Assembly: GCA_951406725.2 (NCBI GenBank)
Contig: OX597831.1
Coordinates: 68,758,001 to 68,822,000, forward strand
Direction: 5' to 3'
DNA length: 64,000 bases
Origin: Octopus vulgaris
Taxonomy: Eukaryota
Positions 12,864 through 25,720 of the stretch are shown here, piece after piece (position 1 is the first letter of the stretch; each line of letters opens with the position of its first letter). The notes under the pieces are model-generated. The model was not told the origin of the DNA. It was given only the letters and a program-made list of their open reading frames with translations, and searched no databases. The position numbers and the translations under genes are program-made.

Positions 12864-14205
12864 TAATGAGAGTTAGTAACCTGTCCCAATGTTTTGAATT
12901 GATGTGGTTCATGCTGATGTAATTATTTTGGTATGTTTTGTATCTAAAACTAATTTTAAAAATAAGATGACAGGATTGAACCTAATGCCTCGTGATTTGA
13001 ACCATAGGTAAAATAAACTCTGTTAAGTGGTATATTATAGATAATAATCTGTTGTTACAATAAGATTGGCATTTAAATAAAATGCTACATCTAAAAATAG
13101 TTGACATTACACTTTACATATATTACCTTGGTTGACAATCTGCTGGCGTATTGATAAATCAGAAAACAATTTGGTCAATTAAAACAGTAATAAGTTAAAT
13201 AAAAGCTGGAGGATGTGATGCTTGTGAAATGGTCCACTTTCACCAGCTGTAAGCATGAAATTACTTACTCACCACTTAATGAGATAAATTTCATTAAATC
13301 AATCCCTTAGTTAGATAATTATACTGTAACAATTTGAGGCATGTTCTAACTTTACTGCTAAATTTGTCTAAGAAGTGTTTAAAGTAGCTTAATTCTTCTG
13401 CAAATTGCTTCATTTGCTCCACACACCCTGGAGCATTTGATCAATATCAGTAATTTTACTGCTATTAACCACAATAATCAGATAGTAACTGCCATCTTAG
13501 CAGCAAAATTATATCTATTATACAGAAACCATGGAAATCTGGTTTAAACTGTTTGTTCCTTCAGTTGAAGATTATGGTAGAATTATGCTGTTTAGCAGGT
13601 TTTCTTTCACATAAATGTAAATTAAGAAGAGATAGTGAAAATAATAAAACAGGTCTTTAAGAGAACTTCTAATGAAGATTTTATGCTGTAAACAGTGTAA
13701 TTATCCAAGGTAGTTGTGTTGTCAGAAGAAATAAAAATGGTATTTTTTTTTTTTTCTAATGAACAAACATATATACTTTATGTGTAAAGATTAAGGAACT
13801 TGGCTGCTGTGTGTGTGAGACATGAAATAATTCCTGCTTCAACTGTTTCTCTGTGTACCAGATTTGTACCAAACTGAAGCAAGCAGGTTCTGAATTAGTG
13901 CTGCTTTTTTTCTGACGTCATTTTGAAAAAATATCATGTGTGGTCATGTTATTTCAGTGTCATGTGATGATCTGTTGCATTGCATCTGCAGACAGATGGT
14001 GATTTTGGAGATCCCTAGGCTGGACTAGATTAGAGTGATGGTAAATGCCCAATGTGTGCCTAGACAGGTCATTCATTGGTCTGGGATGCCATTATGGCCA
14101 ATATTTTGAGTGACAGTAATATATAAGAGGCTGCAATCCACTAGTAGAGATATGTATATATATATATGTATATATATGTGTATATATATGTGTGTATGTA
14201 TATAT

Positions 14206-17200
14206 TATGTCAGGTCTCCGCTTGGAGCTACTGGTAACATGTAACCCAGTACAACCTGTTACATGGTCAGGTCGTTGGCGACTAAACTGGCAACCCCACC
14301 AAGATTTCTTGGTGAGGAGGGTGATTTGGACACCCAGCAGGACTGAAAACAAAACCTGTCAAAGGGCAGAGGAACTCTCTCATGAGTCAATGGCCATCCA
14401 AAATCCGGAGTGGAGCCCCTAAGGCGGTTGGATTGCGCCATGCGTGCCACCTTCCGGCAGCTCCTGCATCTTGGTCTACCCCCAGTCGTCTTGACTTTGT
14501 CTTGCCACTGGATCCGGCGCACCAGGACGAGAGAGTGAGGCTGATCCTGCGCAAGTCACCCTCACTATAATCCAAGTCACGCGCATGTCACGACATCATG
14601 ACGCCATGACACCATCCCAAAGTCCTGTGGCGATGGGGAAACGGCGAAGTAGCAGGTGAGGATACACTGGAAGCTGCAGTCGTGAACCCACACACAGGCG
14701 GCTCAGGACATGTGGTCGCCCCTCACTGAACTGAGGCAGCAGTGGAGTCCGGCAGCCTCCTGAGTGACCGAGCAGCCCTCTTCAGGATCGCTCTGCTCGC
14801 CTCCCCAGCATGAGGACGGGGCTAGAAAAGGTTGCCCTAAACATAGCCTGCCTCACCTCACCCTGGTCAGCAAACCGCGGCTGGCGGGGATCCTTTCCAA
14901 GCGGTCGAAACAAAGAAAGAAGAAAACAAACAAAGGTGCTCACTTTCGCAACTTGGAACGTGAGAACTCTGCTTGACAACACCAAAGCGGACAGACCAGA
15001 GAGACGAACTGCCCTGGTGGCCAGAGAACTGAGCCAATACAGTGTCGATATTGCAGCACTGAGCGAGACCCGCCTTGCGGACAAAGGCCAGCTGACAGAG
15101 ACAGGCGGCGGCTACACTTTCTTTTGGAGTGGTCGCAGCAGCGAAGAGCGTCGTGAGGCTGGTGTTGGTTTTGCCATTAAGTCAGTACACGTGCGGAAAC
15201 TGGAAAGCCCCCCGAGGGTATCAACGATCGGCTGATGAAGATGCAGCTCCCACTTGGAAACAAGACTAGTGCGACCATCATCAGTGCTTACGCCCACACC
15301 ATGACCAACCCTGAAGAAGTTAAGGACAGGTTCTATGAGGAACTCGACTCCCTCATCACGTCAGCCCAGCCTGGGAAGCTCATCCTCCTTGGGGATTTTA
15401 ACGCCCGTGTCGGGACTGACCACCAAGCCTGGCATCGCGTACTGGGAAAGCAAGGAATCGGAAAGTGCAACAGCAACGGACAGCTCCTCCTGCGTGCGTG
15501 TGCCTCTCATGATCTTACCATCGCCAACACCTTGTTCCGTCTCCCTACACGCAACAAGACATCATGGATGCATCCACGCTCCAAACACTGGCATCTGATA
15601 GATTACGTCATCGTCAGGGCGAAAGACAGGCGGGACGTGAGACTGGTCAAAGCCATGTGCGGAGCTGACTGCTGGACGGACCATCGCCTCATCATCTCCA
15701 GGATGGATTTCTACATCCGACCTAAGAGAAGACCACAGGGTCAGAAAGTGACGAGGAAGCTTAACATCACGAAATTAAAGAACCAGCTGACTGCACAAGA
15801 TCTCCAGTCACGTATGGACAGTAAGCTGTTGGACATTCGGAGTGACCAGTCCAGCATCGATGAGCAGTGGGAATCATTCAGGGACACGGTTCATTCCATC
15901 GCCCTTGAAACTCTGGGCCAAATTACGAGGAACCACCAGGACTGGTTCGACGAAAACGACCAGGAAATCCAAAAGCTCCTGGAAGAGAAACGCCGTCTGC
16001 TGCGGGCTCACCAAAACGACACCACCTGCACGGCAAAGAAGGCCGCTTTCAACAACATTCGCAGCACAGTCCAGGCTAAACTCCGCCTCATGCAAGATGC
16101 ATGGTTAAGCGCCAAGGCGGATGAGATTCAGGGATACGCAGACAAACACGACACCAAGAAATTCTATGAGGCGCTGAAAGCTGTCTATGGACCGCAGTTC
16201 TCCTTTGGATCAATCCCCCTGCTCAGCTCAGATGGAACCTCACTCCTGACTAACAAGAGGCTGATCCTGGAGAGATGGGCGGAGCACTTCAACATCGTGC
16301 TCAACCGACCAGCCCAGATCAACGAGGAAGCCATCGCACGACTCCCCCAGGTGCCGACAAACCACGGGTTGGCTGTTCCCCCTGCAGTCGAGGAAGTGAG
16401 CAGAGCCATCAAAAAATGTCCACCGGCAAGGCTCCAGGCTCTGACGCCATCCTTGCAGAGGTGTTCAAGTCGGGCGGCCCCACCATGATCAGTCAGCTCA
16501 CCAGCCTGTTCCAGTCGATGTGGGACAGGGAACAACTCCCTCAAGATTTCCGGGACGCAACAATCGTCCACATTTATAAGCGGAAAGGAGATCGGCAGTC
16601 CTGCGACAACCACCGAGGTATTTCCCTCTTGTCCATAGCAGGCAAGATCCTGGCCCGGGTCCTGCTTGACCGCCTTCTGGAACACTTGGAGCAAGGCCTT
16701 CTCCCTGAGAGCTAGTGTGGCTTCCGTGCGGGTCGAGGGACCACTGACATGATATTCGCCGCCCGCCAGCTCCAGGAGAAATGCATGGAGCAGCACCTTG
16801 ACCTCTGCATGACCTTTGTTGACCTCACCAAGGCCTTTGATACAGTCAGTCGGGAGGGACTATGGAAGGTCATGGGAAAATTTGGTTGCCCCAGCAAATT
16901 TATTGCAATTGTCCGCCAGTTCCACGACGGAATGACAGCCAGAATCCTTGAAGACGGCGACTCATCTGAAGCCTTCCAGGTGACCAACGGAGTCAGGCAG
17001 GGCTGTGTCCTGGCCCCAACACTGTTCAGCATCATGTTCTCGGCAATGATGTCCGACGCCTTTAGGGACTGCAAGTCCGGTATCAACATCAAGTACAGGA
17101 CAGACGAGAAACTTTTCAACTCCAGGAGATTGCAGGCTGTCACAAAGGTGAGGGAGACAGTCGTCAGAGACTTTCTCTTTGCTGACGGCTGCGCCCTTAA

Positions 17201-18186
17201 TGCAATCGATGAGCAGGAGATGCAGCTCGAGATGGACAGGTTCTCATCAGCCTGTGACAACTTCGGTCTCACCATCAGTGCAAAGAAAACCGAAGTGATG
17301 TTTCAGCCAGCCCCCGGCAAACAATACCATGAGCCTCAGATAAGGGTGAACGGACGGATCCTCCGAGTGGTGGAAAACTTCACCTACCTGGGCAGCACTC
17401 TCTCCTGCAATGCCAACATAGATGCTGAAACCATCAACAGAATCTCCAAGGCAAGCAGCGCGTTTGGGAGACTGCGAAAGAAAGTCTGGGAGCGGAGAGG
17501 AATCAGCCTCAACACCAAGCTGAAAGTCTACCGGGCAGTCGTGCTTACCACCCTACTATACGGCTGCGAGACGTGGACTGCTTACCGAAGGCATGAACGC
17601 CAGATAAACCACTTCCATCTGAGGTGTCTTCGGAATCTCCTTCACATCCGCTGGCAGGACAAAGTCCCAGACACGGAAATTCTGAAGCAGGCAGATCTCC
17701 CTAGCACCATCACAATCATGCGCAAGGCCCAGCTGAGATGGGCGGGCCACGTCTCCCGCATGTCCGACACTCGCATCCCAAAACAGCTCTTCTACGGTGA
17801 ACTCGGCCAGGGCAGGCGCAAAGTCGGAGGGCAGAAAAAGCGCTACAAGGATAGTCTCAAGGTCTCTCTCAAAGACTTCTCCATCGGAACAGAGACCTGG
17901 GAGACACTTGCTGCCAACCGCTCATCCTGGCGCAGCGCAATCACCGTGGGAGCAGGGACAGCCGAGGAGGGATGGATTCGGTCAGCGGAGCAGAAACGTC
18001 AGATGCGTAAAGTCAGAGCCGCCTGCACCAGTAGCACTGCCCCTACCCACTTCTGCCCCACCTGTGGGAGGGGCTTCCTTGCCCGGATTGGCCTCACCAG
18101 CCACCTCCGGTCTCATGGCGGCAGTTCCATCAGATGATGTCAGTTGGTCATCTTCGAACCGAAGGACGAACATTATTATTATTATT

Positions 18187-18187
<1 letters not shown>
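14206..18187 (+). mobile_element. Near-full-length RTE/BovB-type LINE (5' UTR, single EN-RT-ZnF ORF, short 3' UTR, (TAT)n tail)
   Basis: ~600-bp 5' UTR; APE endonuclease motifs TWNVRTL, LSETR, LGDFNARVG, IDY, TDH; RT motifs DLTKAFD and QGCVLAP; C-terminal CPTC-x12-HLRSH; tail ATTATTATTATT; inserted in a (TA)n(TG) tract whose pattern recurs on both sides. Confidence 0.95.
14810..18137 (+). pseudogene. Disabled endonuclease-reverse transcriptase ORF of the RTE/BovB LINE
   Basis: 1-bp frameshifts near 15214 and in the A-run near 16411-16416; TAG at 16713-16715 within ES(Q)CGFR; catalytic FADD reads FADG (GGC at 17187-17189). Confidence 0.92.
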
Positions 18188-18612
<425 letters not shown>

Positions 18613-18769
18613 TTGCTTTGAATCAGTGCCAGTAGAAACACTGGCATTGCTGATCAATGAATGAGGGTATTTATTCATTGTGAATGTAATTGATCCAACA
18701 GATGAAACAGACTCTACATAATGGTTTCAAATTTTGTGACAGGGTCGGCAGCTTTCGAGGGGGGGAGGG

Positions 18770-18940
18770 AGAAATCTATTACTCGACTCCAGTACTTGAC
18801 TAGAACTTATTTCACTGACCCTGAAAAGATGAAAGGCAAAGCTGACCTTGTCAAAATTTGAACTCAGAATGTAATGATGAACAAAGTGATGCTAAGCACT
18901 TTGTCTGGTGTACGAAGAGTTCTGCCAGTTTACTGCTTTA
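18770..18940 (-). mobile_element. Diverged SINE family B copy
   Basis: GACCCTGAAAAGATGAAAGGCAAAGCTGACCTTG...GAACTCAGAATGTAA...TTCTGCCAGTT matches family B. Confidence 0.7.
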
Positions 18941-19279
18941 AAACAGCCTCGACACGATACATGTGACAATGCATTGGTTTAGCAATCATTTGGTCAATGC
19001 TTGGTGTATCTGCCCAATGTTAGAATAGGCTCTCCTCCTTCCCCTTCAATCTTGTCTCTGGCACATCATCACCATACTTTCTGATCTGTTTACAGATTTA
19101 TGACACTGCTGTTCTCCACATCTCTTGTGCCACTGCTTGTCACCTCCTCCTGCCTGAGTCACTTCTATCTCTTTTTCCTCTCCACCCACCTCCGTTTTGA
19201 TATTTATTTTCAACTATACCTCCACTCTTGTCCATCTCTCACTACATCAACCTCTAGCCATCAGTCACTCCCTTCGCAC

Positions 19280-19805
19280 ATCATCATCGTTTAACGTCTG
19301 TTCTCCATGCTAGCATGGGTTGGACGATTGGGATCTGGGAAGCCAGAATGCTGCACCAGGCTCCAGTTTGATCTGGCAGTGTTTCTACAACTGGATGCCC
19401 TTCCTAACGCCAACCACTCCATGAGTGTAGTGGGTGCTTTTTACGTGCCACTGGCATGGAAGCCAGTCGAGGCGGCGCTGGCATCGGCCACATTCAGATG
19501 GTGCTTTTTACATGCCACCGGCACGGAAGCCAGTCAAGGTGGTGCTGGCATTGGCTACGTTCAGATGGTGCTTTTTACGTGCCACTGGCCCGGGGATCAC
19601 AACTACAATTTCCATTGATTTTTTATGTTGGTGTACTTGACTCAATAGGTCTCCTCAAGCACAGGGTCGAAACGGTGTTTCTTTACTTGCCACCTGCACA
19701 GGAGTCAGTCCAGCGGCACTGGCAACTGCCGGGTGCCAGTCATAGGATTGGTTCAATTTCAATTCCGATTTCACTTGCCCCAACAAGTCTTCACAAGCAG
19801 AGTTT
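19280..19805 (-). mobile_element. Family D copy
   Basis: (CAT)n tail on plus strand, family D 3' motifs, internal ~60-bp units. Confidence 0.85.
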
Positions 19806-20317
19806 AGAAATTATCCACTGTTTCCTTCTTTCTTTCCTACTGAATCCATTGTATATGCTCCCTTATATTCACCTTCCGGTATTTTGAGAGTACATTCAGG
19901 TACCTCATCACTGTACCTTTTATCTCACTTCCAGCTATTTTCACCCATCTGCACTCAATGCTGTGTAGCCATATATCTCCTCTATAGTAAGTCACCAGTG
20001 CTTATCCTAGCATAAAGGCATCTCCCCATCTCTCAAAGACACTCCCACTCAGGTGAAGGTCTTTTGTCTTTTTTTTTTTGCTTTTCTTTGTTCTGCAAGG
20101 TACTAGGGGACATCACCAATGCGACTGTCATAAAAAAAGGTTCCAAGCATACACTGTAAAGTGGTGGGCATTAGGAAGGGCATCCAATAGTAGAATGCAT
20201 GCCAAAGCTGAAGTTTGGGCTTAATGTAGCTCTGTAACTCATTGGATCCTCTCAAACTATCCAACATCCCACCCATGCCAGCATGGCAAATGGATATTAA
20301 TTGATGGGAATGGTTTA

Positions 20318-20572
20318 TACACACATACACACACACACACACAGACACACAGACACACACACATGCATGCATGTGCATGCAGGCATACACTCACACATAC
20401 ACATGCATGCACACAAGTACATATGCACACACACATACACACATATACAGAGACACACACACACACACACGCACACATGTGCATACATGCACACATGCAC
20501 GCATACACTCACACATACACATACACACACACGCACACACATACACACACACACAACACAAACATACATGCA
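20318..20572. repeat. (CA)n-rich compound microsatellite
   Basis: Direct reading. Confidence 0.95.
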
Positions 20573-21503
20573 TAGTATAATTCAGGTTACATGTATTTAA
20601 GAGCTCCTATACTATTATCAGCTACCAAGTCTTTCTACAGCAGGATATTTTCCAAAGCTGATTAAACAGGCGGAACCTCTCTATTGTATAGGATTAATAT
20701 AAGAATAATATAACATAAAGATGCTAAATTCCAATCTTTAATGGCAAATCACAACACTAGTGCAGAAACAAATGTTATTTGCTATTAAATCCTGGTATTT
20801 TCCATCCTCATGTTACATTATTCTTATTTATATACATTATATAATATGGTGGAAGTTGATTAGTGATGAAGTGAAACCATGCCTTAATCACATTTAATTT
20901 CAAGAAACACTTCATGTTCAGAGATTTATTATTGCTTGCATACAGTTTTTCGAGATCAGTGACGAAAAGTTTCTGGAAAAACGTTATAAGGATTTGCATT
21001 GGGACTCCCTTCATTGAAAACCGGTGATTGTCGTACGCTGAAGACAGGCAAATACCTAGAAACTGCAGCCTGTGCGTGTCACCTAGGTTGACGAGGGAGG
21101 GATGACCTCCCTTTGCAAATACCATAAGGGCACAGAAAGCGTGCCTAAAGCTGGCTGGAGACGATGATCTCCTGGGGCTACAAGCTACAGTAACACCCAC
21201 CCTTAGTGGTTAGCCATATTGAGATGGCTACTTAGTATACCTTACACTTCATGTTTGTTTTCCTTATATAGCTCTTAAGGTCTGTAAGGGACTTGTAAGT
21301 CATTTCATATTAATTATAAGTTAGTTTTCCATGACCATGCTTGTGGCTGAGTAGGCCTGCCTTTGAGAAGCAGACCTGACCATACTGGTCTTAGAAATGA
21401 AATGCTTTCATGCCCTTCTCAGGGTGATGGTCCACATCTTTCATATACTTACTGGCACATTTCAACTCATTGTATACAGCCATGTTGTTCTCATATTCTT
21501 TAA

Positions 21504-21723
21504 CCCTTTTGTTACTGTATTTATTTTGAGATGCTCTGTGTTTCTTTCAATTATTTTAAATAAAACAAAGAATTATGTAAAATAACTTAGTTATCATTAA
21601 GCTAGCGTTGGGAACATAAATTGTGACTAAGGTTTATTGGAAGATTTTAATTTAAAACTTACGAAAACAAGATATTTGTACTTAGAGCCAGAGCCAGTTT
21701 CAGCCGGGTTGGTAACAAAAGGA
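21504..21723. mobile_element. piggyBac-like MITE (220 bp)
   Basis: TTAA|CCCTTTTGTTAC ... GTAACAAAAGGA|TTAT: 12-bp TIR starting CCC, with TTAA target (right end has one TIR and one TSD mismatch); no ORF. Confidence 0.75.
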
Positions 21724-21749
21724 TTATTGCCAGTAACAATCTGATTCCT

Positions 21750-22490
21750 TCACAGCTCCCTCTCTGATGCAAGATTTTCTCAAATGTTAGTATCGATATT
21801 GATTTTTTAAGATAGTCTTTGAAACATTTGCACAGTTTGCACTGGGGACATTTTCCTTGCTTCAACTCACCATACAGTACATGTTTTGGGGTATGTGGGT
21901 CTCCTCTAAATGGACAAGATGACCAGACCATCTAAGTTGGTCTTTGATTATCGTGAACTTGATACTCATCATTTTTACCAGCTGCAGTACTCTCATATCA
22001 AGCACATGAGATTGCCATGAGATCTTCAGGATACTCTGTAAGCATCACTGGTGGTATCATTCAAGGCTGTGGATATGCCAGTGGATGGTTATCTGGGTCT
22101 TGCATCCATACAACAGTACTGTTAAGACGTACTTGAAAATCCAACTTTCATTGCTGCTTTGATATCTGATTGTGATCAGAGTCTCAATTCAAGCTTTCCA
22201 AATGCATCACAGGCCTCACAAAGTTTACTCCTGACCTTCTCGTCAGGTGTATTAAATCTAGATAGTGTGCTACCAAGGTAGACAAACATATGTATAACTT
22301 GACTTGTATTGGCTGCAGTATGACTACAGTCATCTTAAGACTGATTTCAACCTCAAATACATCACATGCAGTTGAAAAGCAGTCCTTCTGGAACTACAGG
22401 TCTTCCTCAGTGTGAGTTATGAGATCTCAATGATTAATGTAAAGAAGATAACAAATGAAAGCCATGAAAGTTTTTGTTACTGTGTTCAGA
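21750..22490 (-). mobile_element. Old RTE/BovB-like LINE 3' relic
   Basis: [13 protein letters not shown]...FKDYLK in ORF 21659-21931 and YLGSTLS near 22260-22285, homologous to the C-terminal part of the 14206 element. Confidence 0.75.
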
Positions 22491-22552
22491 TGTTCTTCGA
22501 ATAGAATATACTTAATAGTGCTCAAAATATTCAAACTTGAGCAGGGTTAGAA

Positions 22553-22900
22553 GCAAATGTGGGGAAAAGCAAATTATACAGATCAATATATAAAGTATTA
22601 AATACATGAAATACAAAATGTGCAAACAGTTGCTTACATATTTGTAAACAACTGTTTACATATTACAACCACATTCTCTGATGGAATTAATCTATGAACA
22701 TTATTATGTATTGCTGAGCCTCCAGAAACAGCTGTTGGATTTGTAATACCTTTCTTCCACTCCTTTAATTTTCTATATCATTTGTACTCTGTGTAAGTTG
22801 GACCTTTTTGTATGTATACATATATATACATATTTTGTATTTCATGTATTTAATATACTTTATGTATTGATCTGTCTAATTTGCTTATCCCCACATTTGC
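22553..22900 (+). mobile_element. Fold-back element (~67-bp inverted arms) enclosing a decayed hammerhead motif; Penelope-like pLTR derivative
   Basis: Arms 22553-22619 and 22832-22900; interior CTGA-TGGA...TCCA-GAAAC-AGCT-GTT at 22678-22736. Confidence 0.65.
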
Positions 22901-22909
22901 CTATATATT

Positions 22910-22953
<44 letters not shown>

Positions 22954-22955
<2 letters not shown>

Positions 22956-23527
22956 CTAATCAAAGGACATACTAAGTATGTCTACTTGCTGGAAATAACA
23001 GTCATAACTCTTATTTAAATCGCTAAAATACACCCATAATAACTTAATAACTACAGAAATCAACCGTCCAAGGGCAAATGGGCTAAGACAATTTCTCAGC
23101 GTACATTCATGTATTTGGACTCATGTGGACAGGTTTCTGGACTGGCATTATAGCCTCACCTTTCTCTGCATGCGTGTTGAGGAAGGTGAGGCTACTATGC
23201 CAGTCCATAAACCTGTCCACATGAGTCCAAATACATGAATGTATGCTGAGAAATTGTCTTAGCCCATTTGCCCTCGGACGGTTGATTTCTGTAGTTATTA
23301 TGGGTGTATTTTGGCTATTAAATAAGAGTTATGACTGTTATTTCCATCAAGTAGACATGCTTAGTATGCCCTTTGATTAATTTTAATCCTTCAGTTATTT
23401 AATACTTGGGCGGGGGTTGCAATTGCCTGTATTATTGATTCTGTTATTATCATTTTTAAATTATTATACTAGATAATAATTGAGTCGATATCTTCTCAAA
23501 TATTTTCTCCTGAATTATTTGCTCTGT
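22954..23527 (+). mobile_element. Fold-back element: ~210-bp inverted arms, 12-bp spacer, ~145-bp one-sided extension
   Basis: 22954-23166 is the reverse complement of 23179-23382 with a few substitutions and one short indel; (TA)n on both flanks. Confidence 0.85.
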
Positions 23528-23532
23528 ATATA

Positions 23533-23900
23533 TATATTTAAACACATAAGGAATCCACTTATAGGGAATTCAACACGCTAGAAAGAACAGCTAGGTTCTG
23601 TAAACCACAAAAATTAAGGATAAAATTTGACAGGAATAAATTTGGAAATGAAAAACATGAAAAGTGTGTGTATATTCCCGTCAAATTTTATCCGTTATTT
23701 TTGTGGTTTACAGAACCTAGCTGTTCTTTCTAGCGTGTTGAATTCCCTATAAGTGGATTCCTTATGTGTTTAAATATACACTATATCGTATGACTAATAT
23801 ATAGTCTTTTTGACTAATTTTTTTGCATGTTAGACCACTGGAAATGTAAATTTTGATTGAATGTTTTAATTTTAATTAAATTCCATTTCCCTTTGACATG

Positions 23901-23903
<3 letters not shown>
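23533..23903 (+). mobile_element. Fold-back element: ~105-bp inverted arms, 34-bp spacer, ~125-bp one-sided extension
   Basis: 23533-23638 pairs with 23673-23778; (TA)n on both flanks. Confidence 0.85.
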
Positions 23904-23938
<35 letters not shown>

Positions 23939-24206
23939 TTACACACACACACACACACACAATTAGTTGGCAGATGTATATGAATGTAGGCAATACATAG
24001 TTAATTCCTTTAAATGAAATTATTTACTCTATGGGACAGCTAAGTAACTTGATAGTTAGTCAGCGTTATGATTTTATGTCTATGTAAATGAAACTAAGAA
24101 AATATTGAATATTTACCTCAAGTTACTTTGCAGGCTGTCAAGATGCTTCAGTAATTATTCTTCTTGCCAACCACTGATGAACTAAAAACAGTTACTTGTT
24201 TAGCGA

Positions 24207-24604
24207 CATCTGGTACCAGTGCCGGTGGCATATAAGAGAACCATCCGAACATGGCCATAGCCAGCACCGCATCGACTGGCCTCCGTGCTGGTGGCATGTA
24301 ACAAACACCATCTGATCGTGGCCATGCCAGCTTCGCCTGGTCTCCGTGCCGGTGGCACATAAAAAACACCATCCGAGCGTGGCCATTTGCCAGCCTCATC
24401 TGGCACCTGTGTCGGTGGCACATAAAAAGCACCCACTACAATCACGGAGTGGTTGGCGTTAGGAAGGGCATCCAGCCATAGAAACATTGCCAGATCTGAC
24501 TGGCCTGGTGCAGCCTTCGAGCTTCCCAGACCCCAGTTGAACCGTCCAACCCATGCTAGCATGGAAAGCAGATGTTAAACGATGATGATGATGATGATGA
24601 TGAT
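24207..24604 (+). mobile_element. Family D copy
   Basis: Several ~60-bp units, 3' motifs, (GAT)8 tail. Confidence 0.88.
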
Positions 24605-24847
24605 ATATATCAGTTGTTGACATCTCTTGCACTCTTAAATGCTTTAAGAGCAAGCAAAAGGGAGTGGGAGGAGGGTTGAGAGAGAGAGACTTCAGCACCA
24701 TCTCCTACAATGATATAGATACACGTTTCTCCTTTATAACTGTCAGTATGGTCTTCATGAAGCTGGACCATGGTGACTTTACCCTCCTTTAACACACACC
24801 TGTGGCATCTTGACTTTATGAGAGAAATGCTGTCATTTTCAACATCA

Positions 24848-25266
24848 GCGCAGGAGTGGCTGTGTGGTAAGTAGCTTGCTTACCAACCACATGGTTCCGG
24901 GTTCGGTCCCACTGCGTGGCATCTTGGGCAAGTGTCTTCTGCTATAGCCCCGGGCTGACCAATCCCTTGTGAGTGGATTTGGTAGGCAGAAACTGAAAGA
25001 AGCCTGTCGTATATATGTATATATTACATATATATATGTATGTGTGTGTATATGTTTGTGTGTCTGTGTTTGTCCCCCTAGCATTGCTTGACTACCGATG
25101 CTGGTGTATTTATGACCCTGTTAATTAGTGGTTCAGCAAAAGAGACCGATAGAATAAGTACTGGGCTTACAAAAGAATAAGTGCTGGGGTTGATTTGCTC
25201 GACTAAAGGCGGTGCTCCAGCATGGCCGCAGTCAAATGACTGAAACAAGTAAAAGAGTAAAAGAGT
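24848..25266 (+). mobile_element. SINE family A, full length
   Basis: Complete head, internal microsatellite and (AGTAAAAG)2 tail; ATCAGCG repeated at both ends. Confidence 0.92.
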
Positions 25267-25437
25267 ATCAGCGAGAATTCAACTGTGTTTAGCAGATGAA
25301 GCTCCTCTTAAAACTGCCTGTCCATGGTCTCCATCCATTTCTCATCTTTTGAATGGGTAGTTACCTACAAAACAGCATTATTGTTGTGCATGTCAACAGA
25401 GGTCTTTCTGCCTCCCATTCTGTTCAAGCATGTCCTC

Positions 25438-25720
25438 TGTGGAGGCACATGGCCTAGTGGTTAGAGCAGCGGACTCGTGGTCGAGGGATCGCGTGTTCGA
25501 ATCTCAGACCGGGCGATGTGTGTGTTTACGAGCGAAACACCTAAGCTCCATGTGGCTCCGGCAGAAGGTAATGGCGAACTTCTGCCACAACTTTCTCTCA
25601 CTCTTTCCTCCTGCATCTTGCAGCTCACCTGTCCCGTCCTGGTGGGGAACCTATATGCCAAGAAACCGGAAAACTGGCCCTTATGAGCCAGGCGTGGCTC
25701 GAGAAGGAACAAACAACAAA
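25438..25720 (+). mobile_element. SINE family C (tail variant 2)
   Basis: TGGCCTAGTGG A box, GTTCGAATC B box; 13-bp TSD CAAGCATGTCCTC at 25425-25437 and 25721-25733; 3' hairpin GAGCCA/TGGCTC and (AAC)-type tail. Confidence 0.92.

Noticed and set aside
14560-14660. Possible HDV-like or twister ribozyme in the RTE 5' UTR
   Set aside because: Some pairing (CCATC/GATGG, GGCGAA) but I could not build the nested double pseudoknot or a twister core by eye; needs a descriptor search.
25441-25513. tRNA-like sequences (also 1670-1743, 29308-29380 and SINE A/B heads)
   Set aside because: They continue into SINE bodies with tails and TSDs and lack a proper acceptor stem and terminator; SINE heads, not tRNA genes.
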